Shown: positions 52,538 through 62,013, numbered from the stretch's first letter. The stretch is DNA of 64,000 bases from Desulfovirgula sp. (GCA_020725585.1 DYES01000069.1:1750-65749), one strand, 5' to 3'. Program-made: numbers and translations. The notes: generated by a model from the sequence alone, not told the origin.

Positions 52538-52828
52538 TTATTGCAGAATTGACGGCAGCCTGGCGTAAAGGCGGGTGGTAAAGTTGAGCATCACCTTCAC
52601 CAGCCACGGCGCAAGCACGGCCAGGGTCACGAAAACAGCAAATATTTTCGGCACAAAGGTGAGACTTTGTTCCTGCACCTGGGTGGTTGCCTGCAAGATG
52701 CTGATCACCAGCCCCACCAGCAGGGAAACTCCCAGCACGGGCAGTGAAAGAAGAAGCACGTGCCAGATCGCCTCCCGGGCAATTTGGATAACCAAGGTGT
52801 CTGTAATACCGCCTTCCCCCCTCCTCAC
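52538..52828 (-). CDS. fliQ: flagellar export apparatus protein FliQ (start ambiguous: GTG 52828, ATT 52807 or TTG 52795)
   Basis: The sequence ...ILQATTQVQEQSLTFVPKIFAV... is FliQ-like. The first 7 codons of the ORF coincide with the GAGGAGGGGGG SD. Confidence 0.88.
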   Translation of the reverse strand: MRRGEGGITDTLVIQIAREAIWHVLLLSLPVLGVSLLVGLVISILQATTQVQEQSLTFVPKIFAVFVTLAVLAPWLVKVMLNFTTRLYARLPSILQ

Positions 52829-53614
52829 TTAACGAAAACTCTCCACCAGCGATTTCACCACCAGATACCAGCCGTCAACCATCACGAAAAGCAAAATTTT
52901 AAAAGGCAGCGAAATCATTACCGGGGGCAGCATAAACATGCCCATCGACATGAGTGCGCTGGCCACGACCATATCGATAATTAAAAATGGAACGTACAAC
53001 AAAAACCCCATTTGGAAGGCCGTTTTCAGCTCGCTGATCACAAATGCCGGCACCACCGTCGTCAAAGGCAAATCGTCGGGATTGCGCGGTCTGGGCATTT
53101 TGGAAAGCGTGACAAAAAGCGCCAGATCCTTTTCCCTGGTTTGCCTCAACATAAAGTCGCGAAGGGGCCGGGCCGCCGCCTCCCAGGCCTGCTCCTGAGT
53201 CAGTTGATTATTTAAATAAGGCTGCAGGGCCTGCTCATTGATTTGCCGGAAGACCGGCGCCATGATAAAAAACGTCAAAAACAAGGCCAGGCCAATCAAT
53301 AATTGGTTGGGCGGCGTTTGGGGGATCCCTAAGGCGCTGCGCAAGATGGATAAGACGATAACAATGCGCGTAAAGCTGGTGACCATGACCAAAAACGCCG
53401 GAGCCAGAGCCAGGACCGTCAGCAGCACCAGTAGCTTTACGGTATCGACCACCTGCGCCGGGTTTTCCGTGGGGGTGATCCGCAAATCAATGCCCGGCAA
53501 TGGCTGGGCCCAAACTTTTCCGGGCCAAAGGAAAAGGAAAACCAAAATTGCACAAGGAAAAGCGATGGCGGTAGTCTGTTTCATGTCTTTGCCAAGCAAA
53601 ATAACTTTCTGCAC
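52829..53614 (-). CDS. fliP: flagellar export apparatus protein FliP
   Basis: 261 aa. It carries the FliP signature PAFVISELKTAFQMGFLLYVPFLIIDMVVASALMSMGMFMLPP. Confidence 0.93.
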   Translation of the reverse strand: MQKVILLGKDMKQTTAIAFPCAILVFLFLWPGKVWAQPLPGIDLRITPTENPAQVVDTVKLLVLLTVLALAPAFLVMVTSFTRIVIVLSILRSALGIPQTPPNQLLIGLALFLTFFIMAPVFRQINEQALQPYLNNQLTQEQAWEAAARPLRDFMLRQTREKDLALFVTLSKMPRPRNPDDLPLTTVVPAFVISELKTAFQMGFLLYVPFLIIDMVVASALMSMGMFMLPPVMISLPFKILLFVMVDGWYLVVKSLVESFR

Positions 53615-53619
53615 GTTCT

Positions 53620-53988
53620 TTAACGGCCTCTTTTAAACTTTTGCCTGAAAAAGTTAATCTTCTCCTGGAAAAACTGTTCTCTCCCGTAATTTTCCCTTTC
53701 TGGAACCACCACCGGCAGTTCCTCAGGCAGTTGCGTAAATTCCTTGACGAGGGTTATTTTGCCGTCGTGAAAAGCAATTAAAAAATATTCCCTGCCCACC
53801 TGAATCAGGCTGAGCCCCGTCCGCGGCCCCAAAGACAACTGCTCAAGAACCCGCATACGCCGGCGCGCCCCTGGAAATAACCATTGACGCCTGGCCAGCC
53901 CGTACTTAATTGTCAAGTAGGCTAGAACAATGACCAGCGGCAGGGAAAGGACGAGGCGAACAGCCGCCCAAAACAATTCTTTGTCCAT
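53620..53988 (-). CDS. fliO: flagellar biosynthesis protein FliO/FliZ
   Basis: 122 aa with a single N-terminal TM helix (VRLVLSLPLVIVLAYLTI). It sits immediately upstream of fliP, as in other flagellar operons. Confidence 0.7.
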   Translation of the reverse strand: MDKELFWAAVRLVLSLPLVIVLAYLTIKYGLARRQWLFPGARRRMRVLEQLSLGPRTGLSLIQVGREYFLIAFHDGKITLVKEFTQLPEELPVVVPERENYGREQFFQEKINFFRQKFKRGR

Positions 53989-53997
53989 TTTTGCTCC

Positions 53998-54360
53998 TTA
54001 CATCTTACCCGCTTCGTAAATGCTGTCGATCCGGATTCCAAAATTATTGCCGATTACAACCACTTCACCTCGCGCAAAACGCTGCTGGTTGACCAGCAAA
54101 TCCGCCGACTCCCCCGCGGCCCGGTCCAGTTCAATCACCGAGCCTTCGGCAAGGCCGAGAATATCTTTAATTTTAAGCGTCGCCTGCCCCAGTTGCGCTT
54201 CCACCGAAACGATAATTTTTTCCAGGTAATCAAAGCCAATTTTCAGGCGCTCGAGTCCCGGCGGGGGAACCAGCTCGGGAAACTGTACCTTTTTTACTTC
54301 TGGCTTTTTTTCTTCTAAACGGCTGAAAAATTCTTTGATTTCATCTTCCGTCATATCCAC
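53998..54360 (-). CDS. fliN: flagellar motor switch protein FliN (SpoA domain)
   Basis: 120 aa. The C-terminal SVIELDRAAGESADLLVNQQRFARGEVVVIGNNFGIRIDSI is the FliN/SpoA fold. Confidence 0.85.
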   Translation of the reverse strand: MDMTEDEIKEFFSRLEEKKPEVKKVQFPELVPPPGLERLKIGFDYLEKIIVSVEAQLGQATLKIKDILGLAEGSVIELDRAAGESADLLVNQQRFARGEVVVIGNNFGIRIDSIYEAGKM

Positions 54361-54417
54361 CGCCCCCTCCCCCTTGCTGTCGGCGGTGAAATCATTGACT
54401 TTTTAATTTCGCTGAAG

Positions 54418-54900
54418 TTACTGAACGAGAAAATCAATAAAATAAACCTCCGTTACTTTCCCAAATTGAAGATTTTCATTGATCGTTTTTAAGATTTCTT
54501 CTTTTAGTTTGCCCTGGTTTTCCACGGGCAGGATTTCTTCCGCTCTTTTCGTCCGGAAAACATTAAGCACTTTTTCGGTCAGCAAAGGCTGCTTGGATTT
54601 AACTTCTTCAGCTAATTTCTTTTCCGCGGGATACTCCAGGACGACGCGCACTCTTAAATAACGTCCGGATTCGCCGTTGCCCAGGTTAACCACCTTATCC
54701 CCCAGGTCAAGCTTTTCCGCCTCCCGGTGGGGAGAAGCGGCTTCTGTCCCCTCCGGTGGGTTCAGAATCTGCAAGGCGCCGTAAGCCAGCCCGCCCCCCA
54801 GGATAATCGCCAGCAGTAAAAAAACCAGCAGCTTGAGCTTGCCCCCGCTTTTCTGGGGCTTTTCTTGATTTTCCTTTTGTTTTCCTTTGCCTACAGGCAT
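54418..54900 (-). CDS. fliL: flagellar basal body-associated protein FliL
   Basis: 160 aa with an N-terminal TM helix and a FliL-type periplasmic domain (VVNLGNGESGRYLRVRVVLEY). Confidence 0.85.
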   Translation of the reverse strand: MPVGKGKQKENQEKPQKSGGKLKLLVFLLLAIILGGGLAYGALQILNPPEGTEAASPHREAEKLDLGDKVVNLGNGESGRYLRVRVVLEYPAEKKLAEEVKSKQPLLTEKVLNVFRTKRAEEILPVENQGKLKEEILKTINENLQFGKVTEVYFIDFLVQ

Positions 54901-54969
54901 TTTTCACTCTACCACCAATTCAGCTTTTATTTTTATGTTTGCGTTCTATATTTAAGGCTTAAGGAGGTG

Positions 54970-55023
54970 GGCGCCGGGCGCAGGTGTTGCCTAAAACAGC
55001 TGTTTTTTCGCGGGCCCGGCGCC
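54970..55023 (-). promoter_or_regulatory. GC-rich hairpin between flgE and fliL (10-bp stem GGCGCCGGGC/GCCCGGCGCC enclosing the palindrome AAAACAGCTGTTTT)
   Basis: Perfect arms at 54970-54979 and 55014-55023, with an inner 14-bp palindrome at 54993-55006. No U-tract follows on the sense strand, so it is not a classical intrinsic terminator. Confidence 0.4.
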
Positions 55024-55039
55024 AATGTCAGGAGAAGCC

Positions 55040-56611
55040 TTAGCGCTTCAGATTTAACAATTCTTCCAGCATGGTGTCGGAAACGGTGATGATCCGGGCG
55101 CTGGCCTGGTAGCCGCGCTGGGTGGTAATCATGTTCGTAAACTCATCCGTTAAATCCACGTTGGACATCTCCAGGTAGCCGGACTCGATGGCGCCGTAAC
55201 CGGCGGAACCGGGCTTGCCCAGGTTAGCAGTGCCGCTGCTCACACTCTCCGCAAACAGGTTTTTGTTGATCCTCTGGAGGCCGTCCTGGTTGGAAAAGGT
55301 GTAAAGGTTAATCTGGGCGAAATCAGCATTGGTGATGGTGGCGGTTCCGTCCTCCCATTCCAGGATGTTACCGCTGCTGTCCGTGCCCGTGATCACGCCC
55401 TCGTTGCTGATGTTAAGGGTCGCCGGGGGCCTGTTGAGCACCTGGAGCGGCCCCGTGTAAGTATTGCCAGGGTTCTGATGAAGACCTGGAAGCAGATCCA
55501 GGTACGGCGCCGCGTCGCCGCCGACCTCCAGCGTGGCATCCGTACTGGTATCAACGGTTCTTAAGATAAGTTTGTTTTGTGTATCCTTGGAAGCTACCAC
55601 CCCCACCTCCGAAGTCAGGGCGTTAATCTTGCTGATGATCGTATCAACGTCATCGCCGGTACCGGTGGCGGCAGCGTACCCGCTAGCAAAATCTGTATTG
55701 GTGCCGGTGAAGACATTATCTCTTTGCGCTCCCGAACTATCTTTGACGGTGACGGAAAGGCTTACCTTCGGACCGCAATCAATTGTCCTGAAGTTGATTT
55801 TATCGTCACTACCCGTATCCGTATAAACCATTTCTACTATTCCGCCACCGCCTACATCGTCAAACTGTGATTTAAGCCATGCAACATCCCGATTGGAAGC
55901 GTCGTCAATTGTTATATTCTTACTGATTTGAGTACCTGTATATTTATTTGTATAAGTTACGGTGATAACATCATTGTTTTGAAACCCAAAATAATCCAGT
56001 GTTGTAGTACCCCCTGTTGCAATACTGTAACTCTCCCCCGCGTTAATATCTGCTTTCTGGGCGGTGTCGATGGTGAAATTGGTCCGCGTCCCCAACGTTC
56101 CGTCTGCCCTGGTTCCCTGCAAAATTAGAGTCGTCGTGGGGCTAGTAGTATCTATACCCACCTGGACCCGGCTGCAAGGCTCATCGGAGCGGACAGTCGT
56201 AATATTTCGCAGTTCCCCCACCAGCCGGTAGCCGCTGGAGTTGACCACGTAACCATTCTGGTCGATATAAAACACGCCGTCCCTGGTGTAGTATTCTTTT
56301 CCGCTTACGGGATCAATTACTTTGAAGAAGCCGTTGCCGTTGATGGCCAGGTCCAGCACGCGGCCCGTGGACTGCAGGCCTCCCGCGTTCATGTTGTTGC
56401 TGATTCCGGCCAGCGACGTGCCTAGACCCACCTGCGCCGGGTTGGTTGACGCGCCGGCGCTCTTCAGCATCTGGTAGAGGGTGTCCTGGAAGTTCACCCG
56501 GCCGCTTTTGAACCCGATGGTATTCACGTTGGAAATGTTATTGCCGATCACGTCCATGCGGACCTGATGGTTTTTCATTCCGGCAACCCCGGAAAATAAC
56601 GAACGAATCAT
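55040..56611 (-). CDS. flgE: flagellar hook protein FlgE (long form with large central insertion)
   Basis: 523 aa. N-terminal MDVIGNNISNVNTIGFK and C-terminal GYLEMSNVDLTDEFTNMITTQRGYQASARIITVSDTMLEELLNLKR. Confidence 0.9.
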   Translation of the reverse strand: MIRSLFSGVAGMKNHQVRMDVIGNNISNVNTIGFKSGRVNFQDTLYQMLKSAGASTNPAQVGLGTSLAGISNNMNAGGLQSTGRVLDLAINGNGFFKVIDPVSGKEYYTRDGVFYIDQNGYVVNSSGYRLVGELRNITTVRSDEPCSRVQVGIDTTSPTTTLILQGTRADGTLGTRTNFTIDTAQKADINAGESYSIATGGTTTLDYFGFQNNDVITVTYTNKYTGTQISKNITIDDASNRDVAWLKSQFDDVGGGGIVEMVYTDTGSDDKINFRTIDCGPKVSLSVTVKDSSGAQRDNVFTGTNTDFASGYAAATGTGDDVDTIISKINALTSEVGVVASKDTQNKLILRTVDTSTDATLEVGGDAAPYLDLLPGLHQNPGNTYTGPLQVLNRPPATLNISNEGVITGTDSSGNILEWEDGTATITNADFAQINLYTFSNQDGLQRINKNLFAESVSSGTANLGKPGSAGYGAIESGYLEMSNVDLTDEFTNMITTQRGYQASARIITVSDTMLEELLNLKR

Positions 56612-56691
56612 TTTTTAAATTACCTCCTGTGTAAATTTCGCCCTGGGCGGAGCTCTTACGTTTTTAAACAGCTTTTTGCCCGTACAAGCGA

Positions 56692-57507
56692 TCAGCGCTT
56701 TAAGTCGATGGTTTCCCGGAGCACTTCGTCGGAAGTGGTAAAGACCCTGGCGTTGGCCTCGTAGCCGCGCTGGGTGACGATCAGGTTGGCCAGTTCCGTG
56801 GCCAGGTCGATATTGGCCAGTTCCAGGTACCCGGAAAGCACGGAACCAAGGCCGTTTTGCTCGGGCTGGCCGGAGAGCTTTTCCCCGGCCGGTTGGTCCT
56901 CGCCGTCTTCGTTATAGGCAAACAGATTACCCCCTACCTTGAGCAGGCCGTTGGGGTTGGTAAAACTGAACAGGCCGATGACCTGGTCGTTCTCCGTGCT
57001 GCCGTCGCTGTACGTGACGGAAATCCTTCCTGAACTGGAGATGTTGATGGTATCGACGGACTTATCCGCAGATACGTCCAGCTGGATGGCCGTCTCGCTC
57101 TCGTCCACCAGCCGCAGACCCTGGGAATTAACCAGGTACCCTTCCTTGTCAATGGAAAAGACTCCTTCCCGGGTGTAAAAAATGCCTTCTGCGCCGGTGT
57201 CGTCTTCCCTTTTGACGCCAAAGAACCCGTTTCCGCTGACGGCCAGATCCAGCGGCCGGCCCGTGGGCTGCAGCGGGCCCTGGGCAAAATTGGTGATGAT
57301 GCCCGCCAGCGTTACGCCCATGCCCACCTGGGCGGGGTTCGTCTGCGCCGCGCCAGCGCGCACGGTGCGGTAAAGGGAATCCTGGAAGCTGCTCTGAGCT
57401 GCCTTAAACCCCAGCGTATTGACATTAGCAATGTTATTGCTTACGACATCCATCCGCGTCCGGTGGTTGAGCAACCCGGACAGGCTGGTGTAGATGGCTT
57501 GAATCAT
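56692..57507 (-). CDS. second hook-family protein (short FlgE-like paralogue)
   Basis: 271 aa. Its N- and C-terminal segments are co-linear with the long FlgE (MDVVSNNIANVNTLGFK ... GYLELANIDLATELANLIVTQRGYEANARVFTTSDEVLRETIDLKR), and it lacks the central insertion. Confidence 0.8.
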   Translation of the reverse strand: MIQAIYTSLSGLLNHRTRMDVVSNNIANVNTLGFKAAQSSFQDSLYRTVRAGAAQTNPAQVGMGVTLAGIITNFAQGPLQPTGRPLDLAVSGNGFFGVKREDDTGAEGIFYTREGVFSIDKEGYLVNSQGLRLVDESETAIQLDVSADKSVDTINISSSGRISVTYSDGSTENDQVIGLFSFTNPNGLLKVGGNLFAYNEDGEDQPAGEKLSGQPEQNGLGSVLSGYLELANIDLATELANLIVTQRGYEANARVFTTSDEVLRETIDLKR

Positions 57508-57591
57508 TTTTTAAAATCCTCCTTGCCTCTTAAACCTGGTCGGCCGCCTCCGTCGTTCGGCGGCTTATCCGGCCCCCTTGCGGTCCGGCCG

Positions 57592-57984
57592 TTATTTAAT
57601 GACGATCGCCCCATCAATGTTGGTAAAGACGCGCCCAGCGGCGGCCTCGTTGTTTAAGGCCGTCACCACCGTCCGGTTCTTCACGCTGGCCACCAGCGCC
57701 AGGTCGCCGTAAATAATCAGCGAATCCCGCACCCCCTTGGCCGCGGCGAGATCTACAGCCCGGCTGATTTTTTCCAGATCCGCCGCACTTAAAGTAATCT
57801 TACGCTCCTGCAGGCGTTTTTCGGCGTGCGCCGAGATTTTGAGCGCCTCTTTTCCCAGTTCCCCGGCCAGCACTTCTTGAAAAGAACCGGCTTTTGCCCG
57901 TCCGCTCCCCCGGGAGGAAGCAGCCGGCGGGAAATCTGGCGCAGCTATCTTTTGCGGCAGCAATCCTTCAAGCTTCACGTTCAT
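57592..57984 (-). CDS. flagellar operon protein of unknown function (TIGR02530-like)
   Basis: 130 aa. KISAHAEKRLQERKITLSAADLEKISRAVDLAAAKG resembles the small conserved protein found between flgD and flgE in Firmicutes. It overlaps flgD by 4 nt (ATGA). Confidence 0.7.
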   Translation of the reverse strand: MNVKLEGLLPQKIAAPDFPPAASSRGSGRAKAGSFQEVLAGELGKEALKISAHAEKRLQERKITLSAADLEKISRAVDLAAAKGVRDSLIIYGDLALVASVKNRTVVTALNNEAAAGRVFTNIDGAIVIK

Positions 57985-58388
57985 TCCGCCCAGATCTCCT
58001 TCACGGCATCGTAATTATAAGGTGTACCGTTAATGACCAGCTTAATTCCATCCTGGCTGATCGTTACTTTTTCCACCGCTCCGCTCACGTTCTGGCCGTC
58101 CTTGCCCACCACCGTCACCTGCCTGCCCACCAGGCTGGCCGTCAGGGACAATTCCTGCGCGCGCAAGAGCATTTCCATGTTCTTGCTCAGGTTAAAGATC
58201 TGTTCCATGGTGGCCATTTCAACGATCTGGGAAATGAACTGGTTGCTGTCCTGGGGGCTCAAAGGATTCTGATAACGCAACTGGGCAACCAGAATCTGTA
58301 AGAAAGCGTCCTTGTCCAGTTCCTGTTTGGGCGTATGGACCTTGCCCTCCGGGTTGAAGTAGATATTGTTCACCGAACCTACTTCCAC
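57981..58388 (-). CDS. flgD: flagellar hook capping/assembly protein FlgD
   Basis: 135 aa. It carries the FlgD signature LDKDAFLQILVAQLRYQNPLSPQD. Confidence 0.9.
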   Translation of the reverse strand: MEVGSVNNIYFNPEGKVHTPKQELDKDAFLQILVAQLRYQNPLSPQDSNQFISQIVEMATMEQIFNLSKNMEMLLRAQELSLTASLVGRQVTVVGKDGQNVSGAVEKVTISQDGIKLVINGTPYNYDAVKEIWAE

Positions 58389-58408
58389 TGCTGACCCCCC
58401 TTTTTTCC

Positions 58409-60124
58409 TTAAATAAACATGTTCAGCGCGCCGGGTCTGGGATCCGCTCTTTCCTCGGACTGCAGACCGCCGTCGCCGGCGAACCCGCCGGGTCCGCTCT
58501 CCCGCCGGATGGAATGAGCCTCCGCCTGCTGCTGATCTCCGTAAGGCAAACGGCCCCCTTCCTGACCCAGCGACACGGAAACGTTCTGCAGGTGCAGGTT
58601 TTGGCCGGCCAGCGCCTCCCGCAACTGGGCAAGGGAGCTTTCAATGGCGTCTTTCGCGTGGATGTTGCTGGCCAGGAAGTGCGCGTGCACCTCGCCCTGC
58701 TGGTAGATTAAACGCACCGTCACTTCCCCCAGGTGCTCGGGTTCCAGCTTAAAGCGCAGGTGAATTTGCCCCTGGGCGTGATGCCCGGCAGCCTGCCGGA
58801 GCACCCTTAAGACCAGCACCGGCAAAAGAAGCGGGTTTACGCCTTCCCAGACCCCTTTGGGCAAATACAGAGCTCTGCTCTCCCCTAGCCCCGGGCGAAT
58901 TACAAACAACTCCCCGTCGCCGGCGAAAACCCTCAAACTATCCTGCTGTGTCCGGGCGGCCGACAAACCGGCGGCGTCCGGAGGGGAAAACAGGCTACTG
59001 TTTGCTCCCGTCGCCTGGGAACCAATGGCGTTGTGCCCCTCCAAAAAGAATACGCTTTGGCGTGCGGCTTCCATCGCCGCTCCACCTCCGGCGAAAACCG
59101 GTTCTGGAAAGACTTTCCCTGGTGCAGCTTCCTGTACGCCTGTTTTGCCGGCTGCCGCCACCGGCGCGTTCTGCGGCGCGGGATGATTCATTAAAAGATT
59201 CATCAAAAGATGCTGGTTCTTTACCGCCGCTCCCGGTGGCCGGGCGCCGGCCGCCCCAGGGTCTTTTTGATTCCCTGGGCCAAGAACATTTCTTAGCGAG
59301 GCCGCGGCCTCGAATCCATCGGGCCGTCCGGAACCGCCGAAAGAGTCGGGTGCTGCGCCGTGACCAAACAACAACCTGCTGAACAAAACACGGGCACGGA
59401 CGTCATCCCCGCCTCCCGCCTGCAACAGGGGGTCAACCTGCCCAAATAGCGTCTTAAAAAGAGCATCCCGGTTAAAAGTGCTTAATTGTTCAGAAGCGCC
59501 CGTTTCCCTTCGCGGCAAATCAGCCGTGAGTTCTGCTGCCTGGACCGGATTTACCGGCTGGCCGCGCCGCCCGAACGGATCGGCTGCGCTCTCGGGGAGG
59601 GCTTTTCTAGAAGCGGGAGCAGGCGCAGGTTGAAGCAGGGTCCCCGAAGGGCCGGCTTCCCCTGTGTTGTCCAGGGCAAAATCCTCTGCCGCGCCGGCGC
59701 TTCCCAAGCCGTAAGCAGGTATATTCAAGGCAGCCGCCATTTTTTCTCCCCCGTCTCTGCCGGCATCCTCCTGGTCAGCCCCGGCCTGGCCGTCAACGAT
59801 AACGCCCTGTAATGTATCGGTGGACTCTCTTTCATCTTCTGCGCAGGAAAAAAGTGCCAGCAAATTCTTCAACAGTAGTTCGTGCACGCTGCTAATCCCA
59901 GTGTTCCCGGAATTATCCTCCGACGCAGAGCCGCCGTCTAACCAGATGCCCGCTGCAATCGCTGCCGTTGTCTCCCCAGAGTTACGGCCGCCGTTAATCG
60001 CCAGCAATTGCTCAAATATTTCCGTAAAAAGATCATCTTTTTGGCTCTTTCCGCGGGTACTGCCGAGGTGCGCCCCGGGGACAGACGACCATTCAACTGC
60101 CGCAAGCGGTAAACTGAGCCCCAT
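58409..60124 (-). CDS. fliK: flagellar hook-length control protein FliK
   Basis: 571 aa. The N-terminal region is low-complexity and Ala/Gly/Pro-rich. The C-terminal Flg_hook domain reads IHLRFKLEPEHLGEVTVRLIYQQGEVHAHFLASNIHAKDAIESSLAQLREAL. Confidence 0.8.
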   Translation of the reverse strand: MGLSLPLAAVEWSSVPGAHLGSTRGKSQKDDLFTEIFEQLLAINGGRNSGETTAAIAAGIWLDGGSASEDNSGNTGISSVHELLLKNLLALFSCAEDERESTDTLQGVIVDGQAGADQEDAGRDGGEKMAAALNIPAYGLGSAGAAEDFALDNTGEAGPSGTLLQPAPAPASRKALPESAADPFGRRGQPVNPVQAAELTADLPRRETGASEQLSTFNRDALFKTLFGQVDPLLQAGGGDDVRARVLFSRLLFGHGAAPDSFGGSGRPDGFEAAASLRNVLGPGNQKDPGAAGARPPGAAVKNQHLLMNLLMNHPAPQNAPVAAAGKTGVQEAAPGKVFPEPVFAGGGAAMEAARQSVFFLEGHNAIGSQATGANSSLFSPPDAAGLSAARTQQDSLRVFAGDGELFVIRPGLGESRALYLPKGVWEGVNPLLLPVLVLRVLRQAAGHHAQGQIHLRFKLEPEHLGEVTVRLIYQQGEVHAHFLASNIHAKDAIESSLAQLREALAGQNLHLQNVSVSLGQEGGRLPYGDQQQAEAHSIRRESGPGGFAGDGGLQSEERADPRPGALNMFI

Positions 60125-60194
60125 TTTCCTTCACCTCCTTTCCATAAAAGGCATCATCAAGCATGCCTTGAATATTTTCCCTACAAAAAATGCT

Positions 60195-60650
60195 TTAAAA
60201 ATTTTCGGAGGCACAAATTGTTTTATAAACCACCCGCTGGGTTCCCTGTTCATCCAGCTCCTTCTGCGAAGCTCTCTTGGCATCTTCAAGATAAGCGGTC
60301 AACTTTTTTTCCTTTAGTTTTTCAAGCATCATTCTGTCACGCCTTTTCTGAACAGTGTGCAAACGGCATTCCTCTGTCCGGGCGTACGCCTTGCTCACCT
60401 CCTCTTGCTGGCAGTTGCGTAAAATGGTCAGATATTCCCGGTAGAGGTTTTCATTCAGAAGCGCGGCCAGGTCACACACCCCCGGCCCGGCTTCTTGAAA
60501 GGTCTTTTGCAAGCTCTCTTCAATGTTGAACAGCTTTTTTTGTTGGTCAAGGAGCTCGCGCTGGGCGTGGGCAAGCTCCCTCGCGGCCTGCTCTTCCAGC
60601 GCCTGGCGATGTTTCAAGACCGGCTCCAGCCGGAAAGTAAACTTGCGCAT
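60195..60650 (-). CDS. fliJ: flagellar export chaperone FliJ
   Basis: 151 aa coiled coil. FTFRLEPVLKHRQALEEQAARELAHAQ is FliJ-like, and it sits directly after fliI. Confidence 0.85.
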   Translation of the reverse strand: MRKFTFRLEPVLKHRQALEEQAARELAHAQRELLDQQKKLFNIEESLQKTFQEAGPGVCDLAALLNENLYREYLTILRNCQQEEVSKAYARTEECRLHTVQKRRDRMMLEKLKEKKLTAYLEDAKRASQKELDEQGTQRVVYKTICASENF

Positions 60651-60664
60651 TATCCCAATCCTCC

Positions 60665-61981
60665 CTATCTGGCCAGTTTTTGAAAGTAGCTCAAGGTTTC
60701 TTCGTAAGTGGATGTCTCCCCCATGTCCTGCTTTAAAAACTGCGTAATTTCATCGATGTACTTGATGGCTTCGTCTATCTTCTGGTTCGATCCCGAAACA
60801 TAGGCGCCAATGTTGATGAGATCTTCCGACTGGCGGTAAGTGGCCAGCAAATCGCGAAGCCGGCTGGCCTGCTGCATGTGTTCGGGAGGGACGAGATCCG
60901 GCATCAAACGGCTCACGCTGTTTAAAACGTCAATTGCCGGGTAGTGGTTGCGGCCGGCCAGCTCCCGCAAAAGGACGATGTGCCCGTCTAAAATCCCGCG
61001 GACGGCGTCCGCAATCGGTTCGTTTAGATCGTCGCCCTCCACCAAAACGGTGTAAAAGGCGGTGATCGATCCCTTTTGGCCCATCCCGGAGCGTTCCAAC
61101 AGCTTTGGAAGCAGCGCAAACACCGACGGCGTGTAGCCTCTGGTGGACGGCGGCTCGCCAATAGCCAGGCCCACCTCGCGCTGCGCCATGGCAAAGCGGG
61201 TAACCGAATCCATCAGCAGCAGCACGTCTTTTCCCTGATCCCGGAAATATTCCGCGATGGCGCTGGCCACAAACGCCGCTTTTAGCCTGACCAGGGCCGG
61301 TTGATCGGAAGTGGCGGCCACCACTACGGAACGGGCCAGGCCTTGCTTGCCCAGGTCTCCCTCAATAAAATCACGCACCTCCCGGCCGCGTTCGCCCACC
61401 AGAGCGATGACGTTTACGTCCGCCTCACTGAAGCGGGCGATCATCCCCAGAAGAGTGCTCTTTCCAACGCCGCTCCCGGAAAAGATGCCGATGCGCTGCC
61501 CCCTTCCGCAGGTCAGAAAAGCGTCGATGGCGCGCACCCCCGTGGCCAGCACCTCTTTAATCCGGCGCCTGTCCAAGGGGTTGGGAGGTTTGTTGTCTAC
61601 CGAAAAGTCCATGCCATTTTTTACCGCTTCCTTCCCATCGAGAGGCTGCCCCAATCCATCCAGTACCCGGCCGAGCAAAGCGTCGCTTGCTCTAATGGTG
61701 AGGCTTTTCCCGCGCGGGACGACGTGGCAGCCCGGATAAACCCCTTTTAAGTCGCCAAGGGGCATCAGGACGGTGGAACGATCGCGAAAACCCACGACCT
61801 CGGCCACCACACTTGCCTCGCCGGGCACCAGGATATCGCAAACCTCACCTATGCGGGCAGCGACCCCTCTGACCTCCACGGTGAGGCCGATAACTCTCAC
61901 CACGTGTCCAATGGAACGCAGGATTTTCGCCTGTTTCACTTTTTGGCGCCAGTTTTCCAGGTTCACCTGGGGCAAGTGCAT
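60665..61981 (-). CDS. fliI: flagellum-specific ATPase FliI
   Basis: The ORF runs 60665-62047 (GTG start). The likely start is the ATG at 61981 (MHLPQVNLENW). Walker A is GSGVGKSTLLGMI and Walker B is VLLLMDSVTR. Confidence 0.93.
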   Translation of the reverse strand: MHLPQVNLENWRQKVKQAKILRSIGHVVRVIGLTVEVRGVAARIGEVCDILVPGEASVVAEVVGFRDRSTVLMPLGDLKGVYPGCHVVPRGKSLTIRASDALLGRVLDGLGQPLDGKEAVKNGMDFSVDNKPPNPLDRRRIKEVLATGVRAIDAFLTCGRGQRIGIFSGSGVGKSTLLGMIARFSEADVNVIALVGERGREVRDFIEGDLGKQGLARSVVVAATSDQPALVRLKAAFVASAIAEYFRDQGKDVLLLMDSVTRFAMAQREVGLAIGEPPSTRGYTPSVFALLPKLLERSGMGQKGSITAFYTVLVEGDDLNEPIADAVRGILDGHIVLLRELAGRNHYPAIDVLNSVSRLMPDLVPPEHMQQASRLRDLLATYRQSEDLINIGAYVSGSNQKIDEAIKYIDEITQFLKQDMGETSTYEETLSYFQKLAR

Positions 61982-62013
61982 CCGTCCGTTCCCTCGTCCT
62001 TCAAATTTGCCCT

